The translations under genes and the position numbers were made by a program. From a virus (Duplodnaviria > Caudoviricetes), in the IMG/VR virus record IMGVR_UViG_3300028591_000103, positions 64,001 through 128,000 of that record: a stretch of 64,000 bases of DNA. One strand, written 5' to 3'. The notes under the pieces were generated by a model that worked only from the letters and a program-made list of their open reading frames with translations, searched no databases and had not been told where the DNA came from. This document shows positions 50,606 through 60,311 of the stretch, in pieces; within the stretch, counting starts at the first letter, position 1; each line of letters begins with the position of its first letter.

Positions 50606-50683
50606 ATTCTTCTCTCCTTTACATTTTTTTTTTGAAATGGGACATATATCGTTCTTAGGTACTGGAGACATTGTGTATACTAT

Positions 50684-50830
50684 TTATAGTATCACACCAA
50701 ACACTTCGAGAAAAATCTCTGAAACCATGTCTGGGGTCAACTCCGATATACCAATGTCTTCCAATTCCAAATCACCCTCTAACGTTGTACCGTTGATGGT
50801 TGGTTTGTTCTCAAGATCATTGTAATCCAT
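50684..50830 (-). CDS. 48-aa fibre-repeat-like protein (absent from ORF track)
   Basis: SD GAGGTG; MDYNDLENKPTINGTTLEGDLELEDIGI. Confidence 0.7.
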   Translation of the reverse strand: MDYNDLENKPTINGTTLEGDLELEDIGISELTPDMVSEIFLEVFGVIL

Positions 50831-50864
50831 ATGATTCACCTCACATAGAAAGGATCGTGATTTT

Positions 50865-52793
50865 ATGAATCCATATCAAGAGTATTTGGATCGTGTTGCA
50901 ACAATGTACATGCAAATGAATCCGGATAAAAATCCGGATATCATTCGTCAACATGTACAAGAAATGACTGATCGATATTTCAAGAATATCCCATGTCAGT
51001 TGCATAATAACATCACACACGAAATGATCAATACTTCTGTATGTGATACATTCGACTGGATTGAACAACGTTCACCGATCATATCCGGAAATGGGACATT
51101 CTTCAAACAACACGACGAATATCTCGCTCCTGTTGTTGTCATGTTGGAAACATTACAAGCTGAACGTAAAGCCGTTAAGAAAGAAATGTATAAACATGAC
51201 AAGAAGTCGGTAGAATACGCATTGCTCAATACAGAGCAAGGTTCGATCAAGGTCATTATGAACGCAGACTACGGTGGGTCTGGAACAACGTTGTCTCCGT
51301 TCTATAGTTGTTATATCCCGCCAGCGACGACGGGATCAGCTAAGGTCATGACCACGACCTTAATCTGTTGTCTGGAGATGCTTTCTGGCAATAAAGATAA
51401 GTGGGCTATGATGCAAAACATCAATGGCTTATATGATTTCATCAATATCGTATTGACCGATGAAGAAGAAAGAGAAATCATTGATGTGAAATATGATGTG
51501 CAAGAAGTAGCCGGTGCGTTATTGTCATTTGTACAAAATTATTCGGTTTCTGATTGTATGTATTTGAAGAGGTATCTTGCGACATTGACAGATCAACAGA
51601 GAACAAAATTGAGACATGCATTCCAAGTCAAATATGTTCTGACAACATATCTCGCTGATGAGATTCATATGTGTATGGATTATCTGAAAGCACATCAGAT
51701 TGATTGGAATAATATCACAAAAGAATCTTTACAGGTGTCTGGATTTGGTACAGATATTCCTGAAGAGATTAAAACATATGTCGAAAGAATCAATAAAGTG
51801 ATTCTGGATAATTGTTGTTATCCATTCATATTGAATGACAATGAAGTCCGTGCTGCAGAAATGAGGAATCGTTTAATCGTATGCGTCACAGATACAGATT
51901 CATTGATGGTTCACTTTGCATCCTATGTCGATGAATTCCAATCAAGAGTGTCAAACTTCCGCGACAGTTGTATCCTTGCATCAGCACTTGGAATGCGTTT
52001 ATTTGTTGAAGCAATCATTCCAAAGATGGTGAAGTATCTGACGATTGGTTGTAATATTAAAGATGAATACTATCGAAAGAAGTTCGTCTTTAAAAATGAA
52101 TTTGGATTCTTGGCAATGGCGCTGATTGCAAAGAAGATGTATGCATCATCCATGTTTGTTCAAGAAGGAACACCGCGTGACATTCATGATATTGCTGTAT
52201 CCGGTTTGTCATTTAAGAAAAGAGACGCTGCAGAATTCTTGGAAGAGATCATGGTTCATCTGTATGATAAATACATCCTGACTGCTGATCATGTTTCTGT
52301 CGAAGGTATCTTAAATGATTATCAAAATCTGAGAGAAAAGCTTCGTTCGGAATTGGATCATAATCCCAAGTATTATCAGGTGCTTGGATTGAAGGATGTA
52401 TCAGCATACGATCCAAACAAGATTCTTCCAGAACAAATGCGTGGCGCTATTATATGGAATCATCTCATGCCGGATGAGCAGTTACTTCCGATGGATCGTG
52501 TTATCGTAATTCGATTGTCATTTGATAAAATGAGAGAACATGCAAGTGATGATCCAAAGATTGCCGAAGTATTACGTTTAACATTGATCAATAATGAGAA
52601 GATGAAAGATACACCATTTATTTGTTTACCGGAACAATATCGGGAGATTCCGGAATGGATCAGACCAATTATAGATAAGGAGGGATGTATCGATAAACTC
52701 CTGACACCATTCAAACAGTTGTTGAGTTTGTTTGATGTCATGGTCGCAGATACGAAAGCTGGTTCTGTTTCCAGCCGAATGATCTGTCTATAA
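50865..52793 (+). CDS. Family B DNA polymerase, C-terminal subunit (motifs B and C)
   Basis: ISGNGTFF, ERKAVKKEM, KVIMNADYG, VTDTDS, KNEF, AKKMY. Confidence 0.88.
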   Translation: MNPYQEYLDRVATMYMQMNPDKNPDIIRQHVQEMTDRYFKNIPCQLHNNITHEMINTSVCDTFDWIEQRSPIISGNGTFFKQHDEYLAPVVVMLETLQAERKAVKKEMYKHDKKSVEYALLNTEQGSIKVIMNADYGGSGTTLSPFYSCYIPPATTGSAKVMTTTLICCLEMLSGNKDKWAMMQNINGLYDFINIVLTDEEEREIIDVKYDVQEVAGALLSFVQNYSVSDCMYLKRYLATLTDQQRTKLRHAFQVKYVLTTYLADEIHMCMDYLKAHQIDWNNITKESLQVSGFGTDIPEEIKTYVERINKVILDNCCYPFILNDNEVRAAEMRNRLIVCVTDTDSLMVHFASYVDEFQSRVSNFRDSCILASALGMRLFVEAIIPKMVKYLTIGCNIKDEYYRKKFVFKNEFGFLAMALIAKKMYASSMFVQEGTPRDIHDIAVSGLSFKKRDAAEFLEEIMVHLYDKYILTADHVSVEGILNDYQNLREKLRSELDHNPKYYQVLGLKDVSAYDPNKILPEQMRGAIIWNHLMPDEQLLPMDRVIVIRLSFDKMREHASDDPKIAEVLRLTLINNEKMKDTPFICLPEQYREIPEWIRPIIDKEGCIDKLLTPFKQLLSLFDVMVADTKAGSVSSRMICL

Positions 52794-52815
52794 TTGAAGA
52801 AAGGAGGTATGATGT

Positions 52816-53370
52816 ATGTTTGAAGAAATCTATATCTGGTTGGAATCTTACTCCGGAACATCATATGATTTCGATGAATCCATTCAAGAAATTTCTTCTG
52901 ATGATGCATTCAATCAACCGTTCGACTGGAGTGTCGGAATTGATCTCATCTTAAAACAGTTGGATGATGCTTGCGATGTCATTGATCAGTATTGGAGAGC
53001 GATCCCTACAGATCTTCCTGACAAAAACACGATGAAGAAACTGTTATCTCGAAAGACATTGGAAGGATTGGTTGCAAACATCCGTTCAGTATGTGGGAAG
53101 TTAAACATTGATGCTATCCGAATCGATAGTATTGACCAGTTGAAATTCATTGTCGTTACACTGTCTGAATTGATCGATATGTTGATCAACCATGATCCGG
53201 AAGAAATCATGGCAAAAGGATTATTCGATCAACATGAGGAAGATAACAATGAATCTTTCTATAGACTTCTCAACGTCATGAAAGAAGACGTACCACAGCT
53301 TTCGTTCAATGTTCGTGCAATCAGAGATTCCTATCTTGATTCATTGAACAATGAAGAAGATTTGTTTTAA
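52816..53370 (+). CDS. Acidic hypothetical protein
   Basis: SD AAAGGAGG. Confidence 0.8.
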   Translation: MFEEIYIWLESYSGTSYDFDESIQEISSDDAFNQPFDWSVGIDLILKQLDDACDVIDQYWRAIPTDLPDKNTMKKLLSRKTLEGLVANIRSVCGKLNIDAIRIDSIDQLKFIVVTLSELIDMLINHDPEEIMAKGLFDQHEEDNNESFYRLLNVMKEDVPQLSFNVRAIRDSYLDSLNNEEDLF

Positions 53371-53442
53371 TTTCGAAATAATAATATTGTTCCGAAATTT
53401 AACATTTACTTACATCATTATATTCGTTAGGAGGATATTACT

Positions 53443-54018
53443 ATGGCTTTCCAACAAAACTTCAACGGAGGAAACTCCAACCAGACTGGTGATAAGAAGA
53501 AGACAAACTTCCCTGTCGGAAGATTGTTTGGTTCCGATGCTGTTATGAACATCAGCGTCTGGAATTCTGATTCTGCAGTCTACACAATCCTCTCCATCAA
53601 ACAAGCAGTCGGAAAGGATCCTTCCACTGGTGCAAATGTTTACGAACAGAAAGCACCGAATGAACTCCCGCGTGTCTTCCTGAATCCTGAAAATCTCCGT
53701 GCATTCATAGAACGTGCAAAGGACATTGATCAGAACAACATCAACTTCACACTTCCCCTGAAGAATGGTTCCAAGGCAACAGTTGTAGGTTCCGCAACTG
53801 GACAGATCAAGATTACACTTGAAACCGAAAAACAGGGAAGTCGCACAGTCACATTCGAAGCGATTCCGGTTGGTTCCACAAGCATCAATGCTTCTTGGAA
53901 GAATATGATCGCACTCCTCGATGTTGCAATGAAGAAGGCTCTGTATGCAAAACTCGATCCGGAAGAGTTTGCAACGGCTCTTGGTGCTTCTTCATCTGAA
54001 GAGGAGCTTCCGATCTGA
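53443..54018 (+). CDS. Probable single-stranded DNA-binding protein
   Basis: Beta-rich core with SSB-like acidic tail EEELPI; inference only. Confidence 0.5.
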   Translation: MAFQQNFNGGNSNQTGDKKKTNFPVGRLFGSDAVMNISVWNSDSAVYTILSIKQAVGKDPSTGANVYEQKAPNELPRVFLNPENLRAFIERAKDIDQNNINFTLPLKNGSKATVVGSATGQIKITLETEKQGSRTVTFEAIPVGSTSINASWKNMIALLDVAMKKALYAKLDPEEFATALGASSSEEELPI

Positions 54019-54626
54019 TGATTGACTTTTCATACATTGGACAGGATGCATTTGTCATTCAATACGAAGATCTCATTTCTTTGATCGGAGTAAATGCTGT
54101 GAAACTTCTGAACTCCATGGAGGATAAAGAAGAAATCACACAAATGACATTGGATTATTTCAATCGAACGAAGTATGATATCCCGACATTCATTCAAGAG
54201 AAAACCGGAAAGTTTATATCGATGGAAGATCTATATAAATCCGGAATCGCTTGTCAATTCAATTTGGCATATGCATTCAAAATGATGCAAGCTGCCGCAC
54301 AGAATGGTTTGTCGAAATTATATGTTCATTCGAATATGTATTCTCCAATCATTGAAAAGCTCATCGGATTTCTGGAAATACCAACAAATTATGTGCACGG
54401 GGATATACTCCCCGTGTTACATAATTTACCCAATTGCACATATACAACCTCCAATCCAGAAAACATCCGAAGATGCATGGAAGCAGATGTTCCATTCGCA
54501 TTGACCATTGTGGATGATTTTCAATATCTCGCTCCAATCGTAATGGATGATAAATTTATCAACAAATTACGTGATAAGAATATTTATGTCCAATTCACCG
54601 GTGTGATATCAGCCGGGTTCATTTGA
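54018..54626 (+). CDS. Hypothetical protein, possibly degenerate HAD-like fold
   Basis: TGATG overlap; alpha/beta pattern, IVDD. Confidence 0.55.
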   Translation: MIDFSYIGQDAFVIQYEDLISLIGVNAVKLLNSMEDKEEITQMTLDYFNRTKYDIPTFIQEKTGKFISMEDLYKSGIACQFNLAYAFKMMQAAAQNGLSKLYVHSNMYSPIIEKLIGFLEIPTNYVHGDILPVLHNLPNCTYTTSNPENIRRCMEADVPFALTIVDDFQYLAPIVMDDKFINKLRDKNIYVQFTGVISAGFI

Positions 54627-54658
54627 TATCAATCGCATTACAAGGGAGGCCAAACAGC

Positions 54659-56287
54659 GTGAAGGAACCAGTCAACAAGACCCTGTTATATTTATACGAT
54701 CCGAATGCAGAGTATACGTATAACGCAAACCACGGTACGGAATATCCGTATAACGGATTCCCTACAGGACAATATGGCAGAAAATATAAAAAGACCCGAT
54801 TCATTAATTGGGAACCGATTCCAGAAGACATTATCATCCGTCATGCAGGTTCACAAATCTTTGTGAATTTCTCTGCGCTGTTTCCGGATGATGTTACGGA
54901 TCCGGCTATCCAATTATTCCAAATGCGAACTCGTAGATTGGATTTACAGAATCTGATTTGCGAACAAATCAATTTCTTCACGGCATTATATGATGAAGAT
55001 AACGATCTGATTACATCAATGCTGATTGCGAAGTTTATGACTGATTCACAAACATATACAATCGTCACGTTTGATGAATATCAGAAACAGTTATTCGACA
55101 TCTTATTCCCAGAAAGAACAATTGAGAAGATCAAGAAGATGGTAGAAGAGAATGATGTTGGTGATGATGTTACAGGCTTATTCCCAGAGGATATGCCACG
55201 CGATATTTTCATCGTGTCATTCATGATCAAGGTGATGCATATTTTCATTGAACATTTCATCATTTCTACAGGAAATTCTCCAAAGGATTTGTATGAACTG
55301 TTTGCTGTTGCATTTACCAATGTCATGAATCATATCAATCCAAACATCTACGTGTTGTTGTATGATTATGTCTACAACAGCGTCGTACAATCCTGCTCAT
55401 CCAATGCGAACATTTATGACATGCAGGCAATCGATGGTGTCACAATCCCGACAACCACACAGTTTGTGATGCGGAAATCATTACTTTGTGATGGTTTGAT
55501 CAAGCTGACATTTGCTTCTGCATGGGATAAAATCAACAAACGTCCGACATACTCCTGTGTTGGATTGATCAAAGCGATTATCACACAAGCATCTTTCGTA
55601 ACCAGAAAGGTTCAGTTGAGATATTCATTGGTCAATGTGGATGATGTTTCTCAATTACTGTCAGATCAGATATCAAATAACTCTCCGATTTCAATGGTTC
55701 GTTCATTCAATCCTGGAGAGTATTCTTGTATGTATAAAGATTTGACAATCATCATCGCACATATTGCATTGGAAGTCGATTTGTCTCCGGTTGATTTCTA
55801 TCTGAATCATCTGACTCAAATGAACGATCTTTCCAAGATTCTCATCGAATCTGTCTTATATAATAAATTCCATTCTTCTATTTCGATCAATACATTGTCT
55901 ATGAAACAGAAGTACATTCTTCTGTTGTATGTCAGAAGTTTGATTATGAAAATATATAATCTTTCTGAAGAAGACACAAAATGCAATGAATTGATCAATA
56001 TGTTGACAGCTCGAACAGTAACACATACAACAAAAACATTGACGACGAAGGATTTGAATTCCATCAAGAAATATGTCAAACTGAATAACTTGAAAGAGTT
56101 CCTGCTTTCAGAAAAGAATGTCAATATCTTTGTTGAATCCATCATGCATTCTGTGTTGTCATCATACACAGTGGTGAATCATAATGATCCGAATCTGTTA
56201 GATACACCGTTACAGTATGATGCCAATACAATGACATTGAATCTGCTGGATATGTGTGTATCTCTGTTTGATTACATTGCGCATTAA
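54659..56287 (+). CDS. Probable non-virion RNAP promoter-specificity subunit (phiKZ gp68 / AR9 gp226-like)
   Basis: ~540-aa helical protein immediately before beta'-N and near SbcD; GTG start after GGGAGG; call rests on size and context. Confidence 0.5.
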   Translation: MKEPVNKTLLYLYDPNAEYTYNANHGTEYPYNGFPTGQYGRKYKKTRFINWEPIPEDIIIRHAGSQIFVNFSALFPDDVTDPAIQLFQMRTRRLDLQNLICEQINFFTALYDEDNDLITSMLIAKFMTDSQTYTIVTFDEYQKQLFDILFPERTIEKIKKMVEENDVGDDVTGLFPEDMPRDIFIVSFMIKVMHIFIEHFIISTGNSPKDLYELFAVAFTNVMNHINPNIYVLLYDYVYNSVVQSCSSNANIYDMQAIDGVTIPTTTQFVMRKSLLCDGLIKLTFASAWDKINKRPTYSCVGLIKAIITQASFVTRKVQLRYSLVNVDDVSQLLSDQISNNSPISMVRSFNPGEYSCMYKDLTIIIAHIALEVDLSPVDFYLNHLTQMNDLSKILIESVLYNKFHSSISINTLSMKQKYILLLYVRSLIMKIYNLSEEDTKCNELINMLTARTVTHTTKTLTTKDLNSIKKYVKLNNLKEFLLSEKNVNIFVESIMHSVLSSYTVVNHNDPNLLDTPLQYDANTMTLNLLDMCVSLFDYIAH

Positions 56288-56312
56288 TATATAAATAGAA
56301 AGGAATTAAGAG

Positions 56313-57695
56313 ATGAAAGCCGAACGTATTAATCTGGAAACGGAATTCCTTACAGATATGACAACACACAATGGATTCCGTATCGAGAAAGAAGACCATT
56401 ATGCACCGACAAACGTCGATGCATTAGTGGATTCTTCTAAGTTCACGGATTGTGAATACAGATGTGATTGTGGTGCATTCATTGGCCAAGATCTGATTGG
56501 TCAGGTTTGTCCCAGATGTAAATCGGAAATCTCTCTGCATTCACTAAACTTTGCATATACTGGATGGATTGATTTGAAAGGACACAAGGTCATTTCTCCG
56601 GTATACTATATTATTCTGAAACGTGTTCTCGGAACGAATGTACTTCGTATGATTCTGGGTGATTATAAATGCAAACAGAACATCAAGTACAATGAGAACG
56701 ATAAAGGAATTGAAGAAGAAAAGAAACAGAAACGTGCAGGAAGAGTTTCGCAGGATGATATCCGTTATATTCTGAAGAAGGTTCCGAAAACTAAACACTG
56801 TTACCAGGGCATTGGTCACGATCAATTCTATGAGAGATTTGAAGAGATCATTGCTGCATGTGCTCCAAAGAATAATCCGGAAGTTGATATTCTTTTGAAG
56901 AATAAAGAAGCTGTATTCACTTCATATATTCCCTTATATTCAACAGCATTCCGCCCTGTATCCAAAACATCAGAAACCAAGTTCTATCCAAAAATCAATA
57001 AATGGTTTGCAATGATGGTTTCTGTTGCATGCAGAATGGAAAACATGGTTCTGGATATTGAAAAGATTCAGGCATTGAATTACATTCAGAAATGCTGGTT
57101 AGATGCTGTTGAACATGTCATCAAGAATGAAATGTCTAAGAAAGAAGGATTCGTTCGTTCAGAGATTGTTGGTGGTTCTTTCACATTCTCTGGACGTGCT
57201 GTTATTACTTTGGATATTTCATTGGATGTTGATGAGGTTGATTTACCATACTCCATGGTCATCACCGCATATCAATATCGTCTGACATATATGCTTGCGA
57301 CTCGTTATAATATGACATTGGAGCAGGCATATCTGTTTGTCAATACATATGAAAAGAATGACATCATCATTTCATTGTTGGATGAAATCATGGCAGAAGG
57401 GCAATGGGTAATGTATTTACGTGAGCCGACAAACAATCTTGCGTCGATTGTATTGGCAAAAATCCGTCGATATAAGATCGGTGATGACACAATGTCTGTA
57501 CCTCTCGAAGTTTTGCAAGCATTGAACGCAGACTTCGATGGTGATGCATTAGACATTCTCTTCTTGATGGACAAGAATCTCGTAGAACGATTTGGTGCAT
57601 TCCATTATTCATGTCTGTCAGACCGTGTCAATGAAACCGTTAAATTGGATTTGTTAGCATGGTCTGCAGTTGCAATGGGACGTATGACAGAATGA
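56313..57695 (+). CDS. RNA polymerase beta' N-terminal subunit (probably non-virion)
   Basis: Zn finger RCDCG..CPRC, FSGRAVI, LREPT, catalytic LNADFDGD. Confidence 0.92.
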   Translation: MKAERINLETEFLTDMTTHNGFRIEKEDHYAPTNVDALVDSSKFTDCEYRCDCGAFIGQDLIGQVCPRCKSEISLHSLNFAYTGWIDLKGHKVISPVYYIILKRVLGTNVLRMILGDYKCKQNIKYNENDKGIEEEKKQKRAGRVSQDDIRYILKKVPKTKHCYQGIGHDQFYERFEEIIAACAPKNNPEVDILLKNKEAVFTSYIPLYSTAFRPVSKTSETKFYPKINKWFAMMVSVACRMENMVLDIEKIQALNYIQKCWLDAVEHVIKNEMSKKEGFVRSEIVGGSFTFSGRAVITLDISLDVDEVDLPYSMVITAYQYRLTYMLATRYNMTLEQAYLFVNTYEKNDIIISLLDEIMAEGQWVMYLREPTNNLASIVLAKIRRYKIGDDTMSVPLEVLQALNADFDGDALDILFLMDKNLVERFGAFHYSCLSDRVNETVKLDLLAWSAVAMGRMTE

Positions 57696-57702
57696 TTAGA
57701 AT

Positions 57703-57738
57703 ATGGCGGGGCAATGCCCCGCCATTCTATTCTTTTTT
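57703..57738 (+). terminator. Terminator
   Basis: ATGGCGGGGC-AAT-GCCCCGCCAT plus T-tract. Confidence 0.85.
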
Positions 57739-57739
57739 C

Positions 57740-57892
57740 AATATGAAGAGCCGCGGGAAGACTTTTTACAAGGAGGCCTACGGCACAGTGAAACACTCAA
57801 GTTTAGGAGGCATGAGTAATATTGGTCACTTCGAATCGGGGGAGCTAATCCCGATCTATTCACAACGGCAAGAAACCGCGGCTCTTCATATT
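57740..57892 (+). ncRNA. 153-nt structured RNA closed by a perfect 17-bp stem
   Basis: AATATGAAGAGCCGCGG...CCGCGGCTCTTCATATT; inner hairpins with AGGAGG/GGAG; G-U pairs favour the + strand. Confidence 0.6.
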
Positions 57893-57908
57893 ACTAATTT
57901 TGTGTACA

Positions 57909-57927
57909 TATATAATTTATTCGAAAG
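57909..57927 (+). promoter_or_regulatory. Putative early promoter
   Basis: TATATAATT-TATT-CGAAAG. Confidence 0.55.
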
Positions 57928-57938
57928 GAGTGATTCTT

Positions 57939-58361
57939 ATGTTGGAAAATGCAGAAAATGCCCAACAAGTTTTACACGGTCCCTTCGATCCGGAGGTACA
58001 CAAAAAGACTTTCATGGACTATCTGGAAGTCATTATCAAAAATGATGGAACCATCGAATATGCTGTCCCATCTCATCAGGAAAAACTGATCGCATTGATG
58101 GATATGCCGAGAGAAGAGGTATATCAAATGTACGGTCAAAATTTTCTTGGATTCACGCCAATACAATGGCTGTGTTTCAAAACAAAAGCGATATCTGTAT
58201 GGGATACATATTATGAAGGTGAAGCCAATGAGCTTCAGAAAGAAGCATTGAGAATGCTAAAAACAGAAGGATTATATAAAGGAGCGATTGATCATGAAGG
58301 TATTCATTTCACAACCGATGGCGGGATTGACGGATGCACAGATTATGCAACGTCGTACTGA
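57939..58361 (+). CDS. Hypothetical protein
   Basis: SD AAAGGAG. Confidence 0.75.
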   Translation: MLENAENAQQVLHGPFDPEVHKKTFMDYLEVIIKNDGTIEYAVPSHQEKLIALMDMPREEVYQMYGQNFLGFTPIQWLCFKTKAISVWDTYYEGEANELQKEALRMLKTEGLYKGAIDHEGIHFTTDGGIDGCTDYATSY

Positions 58362-58671
58362 ACTGATTTCTTTGATAAAGAATTGGTTTAAAGATGAGGA
58401 CATTGAAGTCATTGACTCATTTACAAAATCAGAAGAAATCAAGGGCCGTGGTAGAATTGCGATGTTAGGAGATTCCATTGCATTGATGCGGGATGCGGAA
58501 ATGGTAATCTTTGCAAAAGGATGGGAGAAATCCCCGGGATGTAATGTAGAGCATGAGGTATGCGTCCAATACAAAATTCGTAGAATGTACGAAACTGTGA
58601 TGGAGAATGAGAACAAACCTCCAAAAATGAAAAATGAGGATACTTCTGAGAAACATATTTTCTGGAGGTAA
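58288..58671 (+). CDS. DUF4406-like nucleoside 2-deoxyribosyltransferase-fold protein
   Basis: KVFISQPMAG and GWEKSPGCNVEH. Confidence 0.75.
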   Translation: MIMKVFISQPMAGLTDAQIMQRRTELISLIKNWFKDEDIEVIDSFTKSEEIKGRGRIAMLGDSIALMRDAEMVIFAKGWEKSPGCNVEHEVCVQYKIRRMYETVMENENKPPKMKNEDTSEKHIFWR

Positions 58672-58676
58672 GTATC

Positions 58677-59732
58677 ATGTATGCATTCATTGGAGATTTG
58701 CACATCGGTGTCAAATTACCAAAAATCGACTTTATCAAATCAATGACAGATTTTCTCGGAATCATCCGGAATCACAAAGAGGAATGTCACGCAATTTTTG
58801 TATGCGGCGACTTCTTTGACAGACGTTTATCGACAGAAGAATTGAAATTTGCGTCAGAGATGATGTTGTGTCTGGTTTGTAATGAATGTGGTAGAAATGG
58901 AAGAACACATGTTCCGGTATATTTCATTCATGGAACTTACACACATGATCAGGGGCAATATGATATCTTCTTACCAATGTTGCAGAAGCTTGATAATGTG
59001 GAAATATTCTATATCGAAAATGCTTGTGAATTAACATTGGTTGATGGTAGGAGAGCTTTGTTCTTACCACAGGAATATGGAGATATATCATACGATAAAT
59101 TCTTCAAAGATAAACATTACGACATTATCGTCGGGCACGGTCCTATTGCATCCAATACAAAGAATCCATGTAAGTCTGCAAAGTATGAGATCGTTCATTC
59201 AGCAGAGTTATTAGGAGACATTTCTGAGATATGTGTGTTCGGTCATTATCACGGATATACGGATTTCGGAAATAATGTATTCTATACTGGACCGTGGTTA
59301 CAATGGAAATATGGTGAAGATACACCGAAAGTATTCTTCTTTTGTGATGACGAGTTCAAAGTATTCACAAAGCCAAATCAGAATGCAATGGAATTTAAAA
59401 CCGTTGAAATTCAAAATCCGGAGCAGCTGCGTGAGTACATGTCACAAGAAATCGAGACACCTCATCGATTTGTAATTAATTCATTGCCGGAGAACATGGA
59501 TGTTTATCGAGGCATCATTAATGCAAATAAATCTTCCTTGGTGAAATTCCAATTGGAAGAGATCGTTGATGAAGATGATTTGCAATTAACGGTCGATGAA
59601 GTGCTGGATGCACAAGTCGAGGCATCGCAGCCAATTCCCGCATTGGTTACATACATCAAAGACAAGTACGGTGTTGACGCAGAGGAACAGTTACATGATT
59701 ATGAGACGCAAATTAATAAGGAGGTAAATTAA
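58677..59732 (+). CDS. SbcD/Mre11-like metallophosphoesterase nuclease
   Basis: GDLH, GDFFD, GTYTHD, GH, GHYH. Confidence 0.85.
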   Translation: MYAFIGDLHIGVKLPKIDFIKSMTDFLGIIRNHKEECHAIFVCGDFFDRRLSTEELKFASEMMLCLVCNECGRNGRTHVPVYFIHGTYTHDQGQYDIFLPMLQKLDNVEIFYIENACELTLVDGRRALFLPQEYGDISYDKFFKDKHYDIIVGHGPIASNTKNPCKSAKYEIVHSAELLGDISEICVFGHYHGYTDFGNNVFYTGPWLQWKYGEDTPKVFFFCDDEFKVFTKPNQNAMEFKTVEIQNPEQLREYMSQEIETPHRFVINSLPENMDVYRGIINANKSSLVKFQLEEIVDEDDLQLTVDEVLDAQVEASQPIPALVTYIKDKYGVDAEEQLHDYETQINKEVN

Positions 59733-59733
59733 T

Positions 59734-60297
59734 ATGAAAACCGAGATGGTATTTTTCGATGAGAAACGTATGGCACATGTTGTATTCGATCATGTTGCAT
59801 TTGCAATTTTAAATTCTTTTAAACAATATACCGGTGAGTATATGAATATGGCATTGATCTTCAATAATGTAGATCATATCGATCCGAGAGAGTTTGACTA
59901 TGAGGACTACAGCATGGTCGAGTTTGTTCAGTTGAATGGCTATGTCAGAAAAGAAACCGATAAACATGTCAGACAACAGCAATTCTGTGGTATTGCTCTT
60001 TTAGAGCATGATACAGATGAGAAGTGTAAGATCGTTGTCGAAATCCCGGGGAACAATATCAGATATACAATCAATATTGAACGGAGACATGGCGACGATG
60101 ATATTCATGATACTTTAGTAGCATCTATGGCAGCTGATCGAATCTTCATAACAAATATTGAAGAACTTTTGGAAGAAGAACCCATTAAGTATTATGGACA
60201 AATCATTTCAGATGCTGTTGCTGAAATTGTGGAACATCAGTCTCTTGCAAGAATTATCGATGAAGACGGACGTCAGATGTTTGAGTATCGTCTTTGA
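59734..60297 (+). CDS. Hypothetical protein
   Basis: SD AAGGAGG. Confidence 0.8.
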   Translation: MKTEMVFFDEKRMAHVVFDHVAFAILNSFKQYTGEYMNMALIFNNVDHIDPREFDYEDYSMVEFVQLNGYVRKETDKHVRQQQFCGIALLEHDTDEKCKIVVEIPGNNIRYTINIERRHGDDDIHDTLVASMAADRIFITNIEELLEEEPIKYYGQIISDAVAEIVEHQSLARIIDEDGRQMFEYRL

Positions 60298-60311
60298 TAA
60301 AACGATGAGTA

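Noticed and set aside
57740-57892. MITE or IS remnant
   Set aside because: No target-site duplication, single copy in the window, no transposase; internal G-U stems favour an RNA role.
57659-58045. 128-aa ORF spanning the terminator and RNA element
   Set aside because: It crosses a terminator and a promoter, and its SD-like words are badly spaced from start codons.
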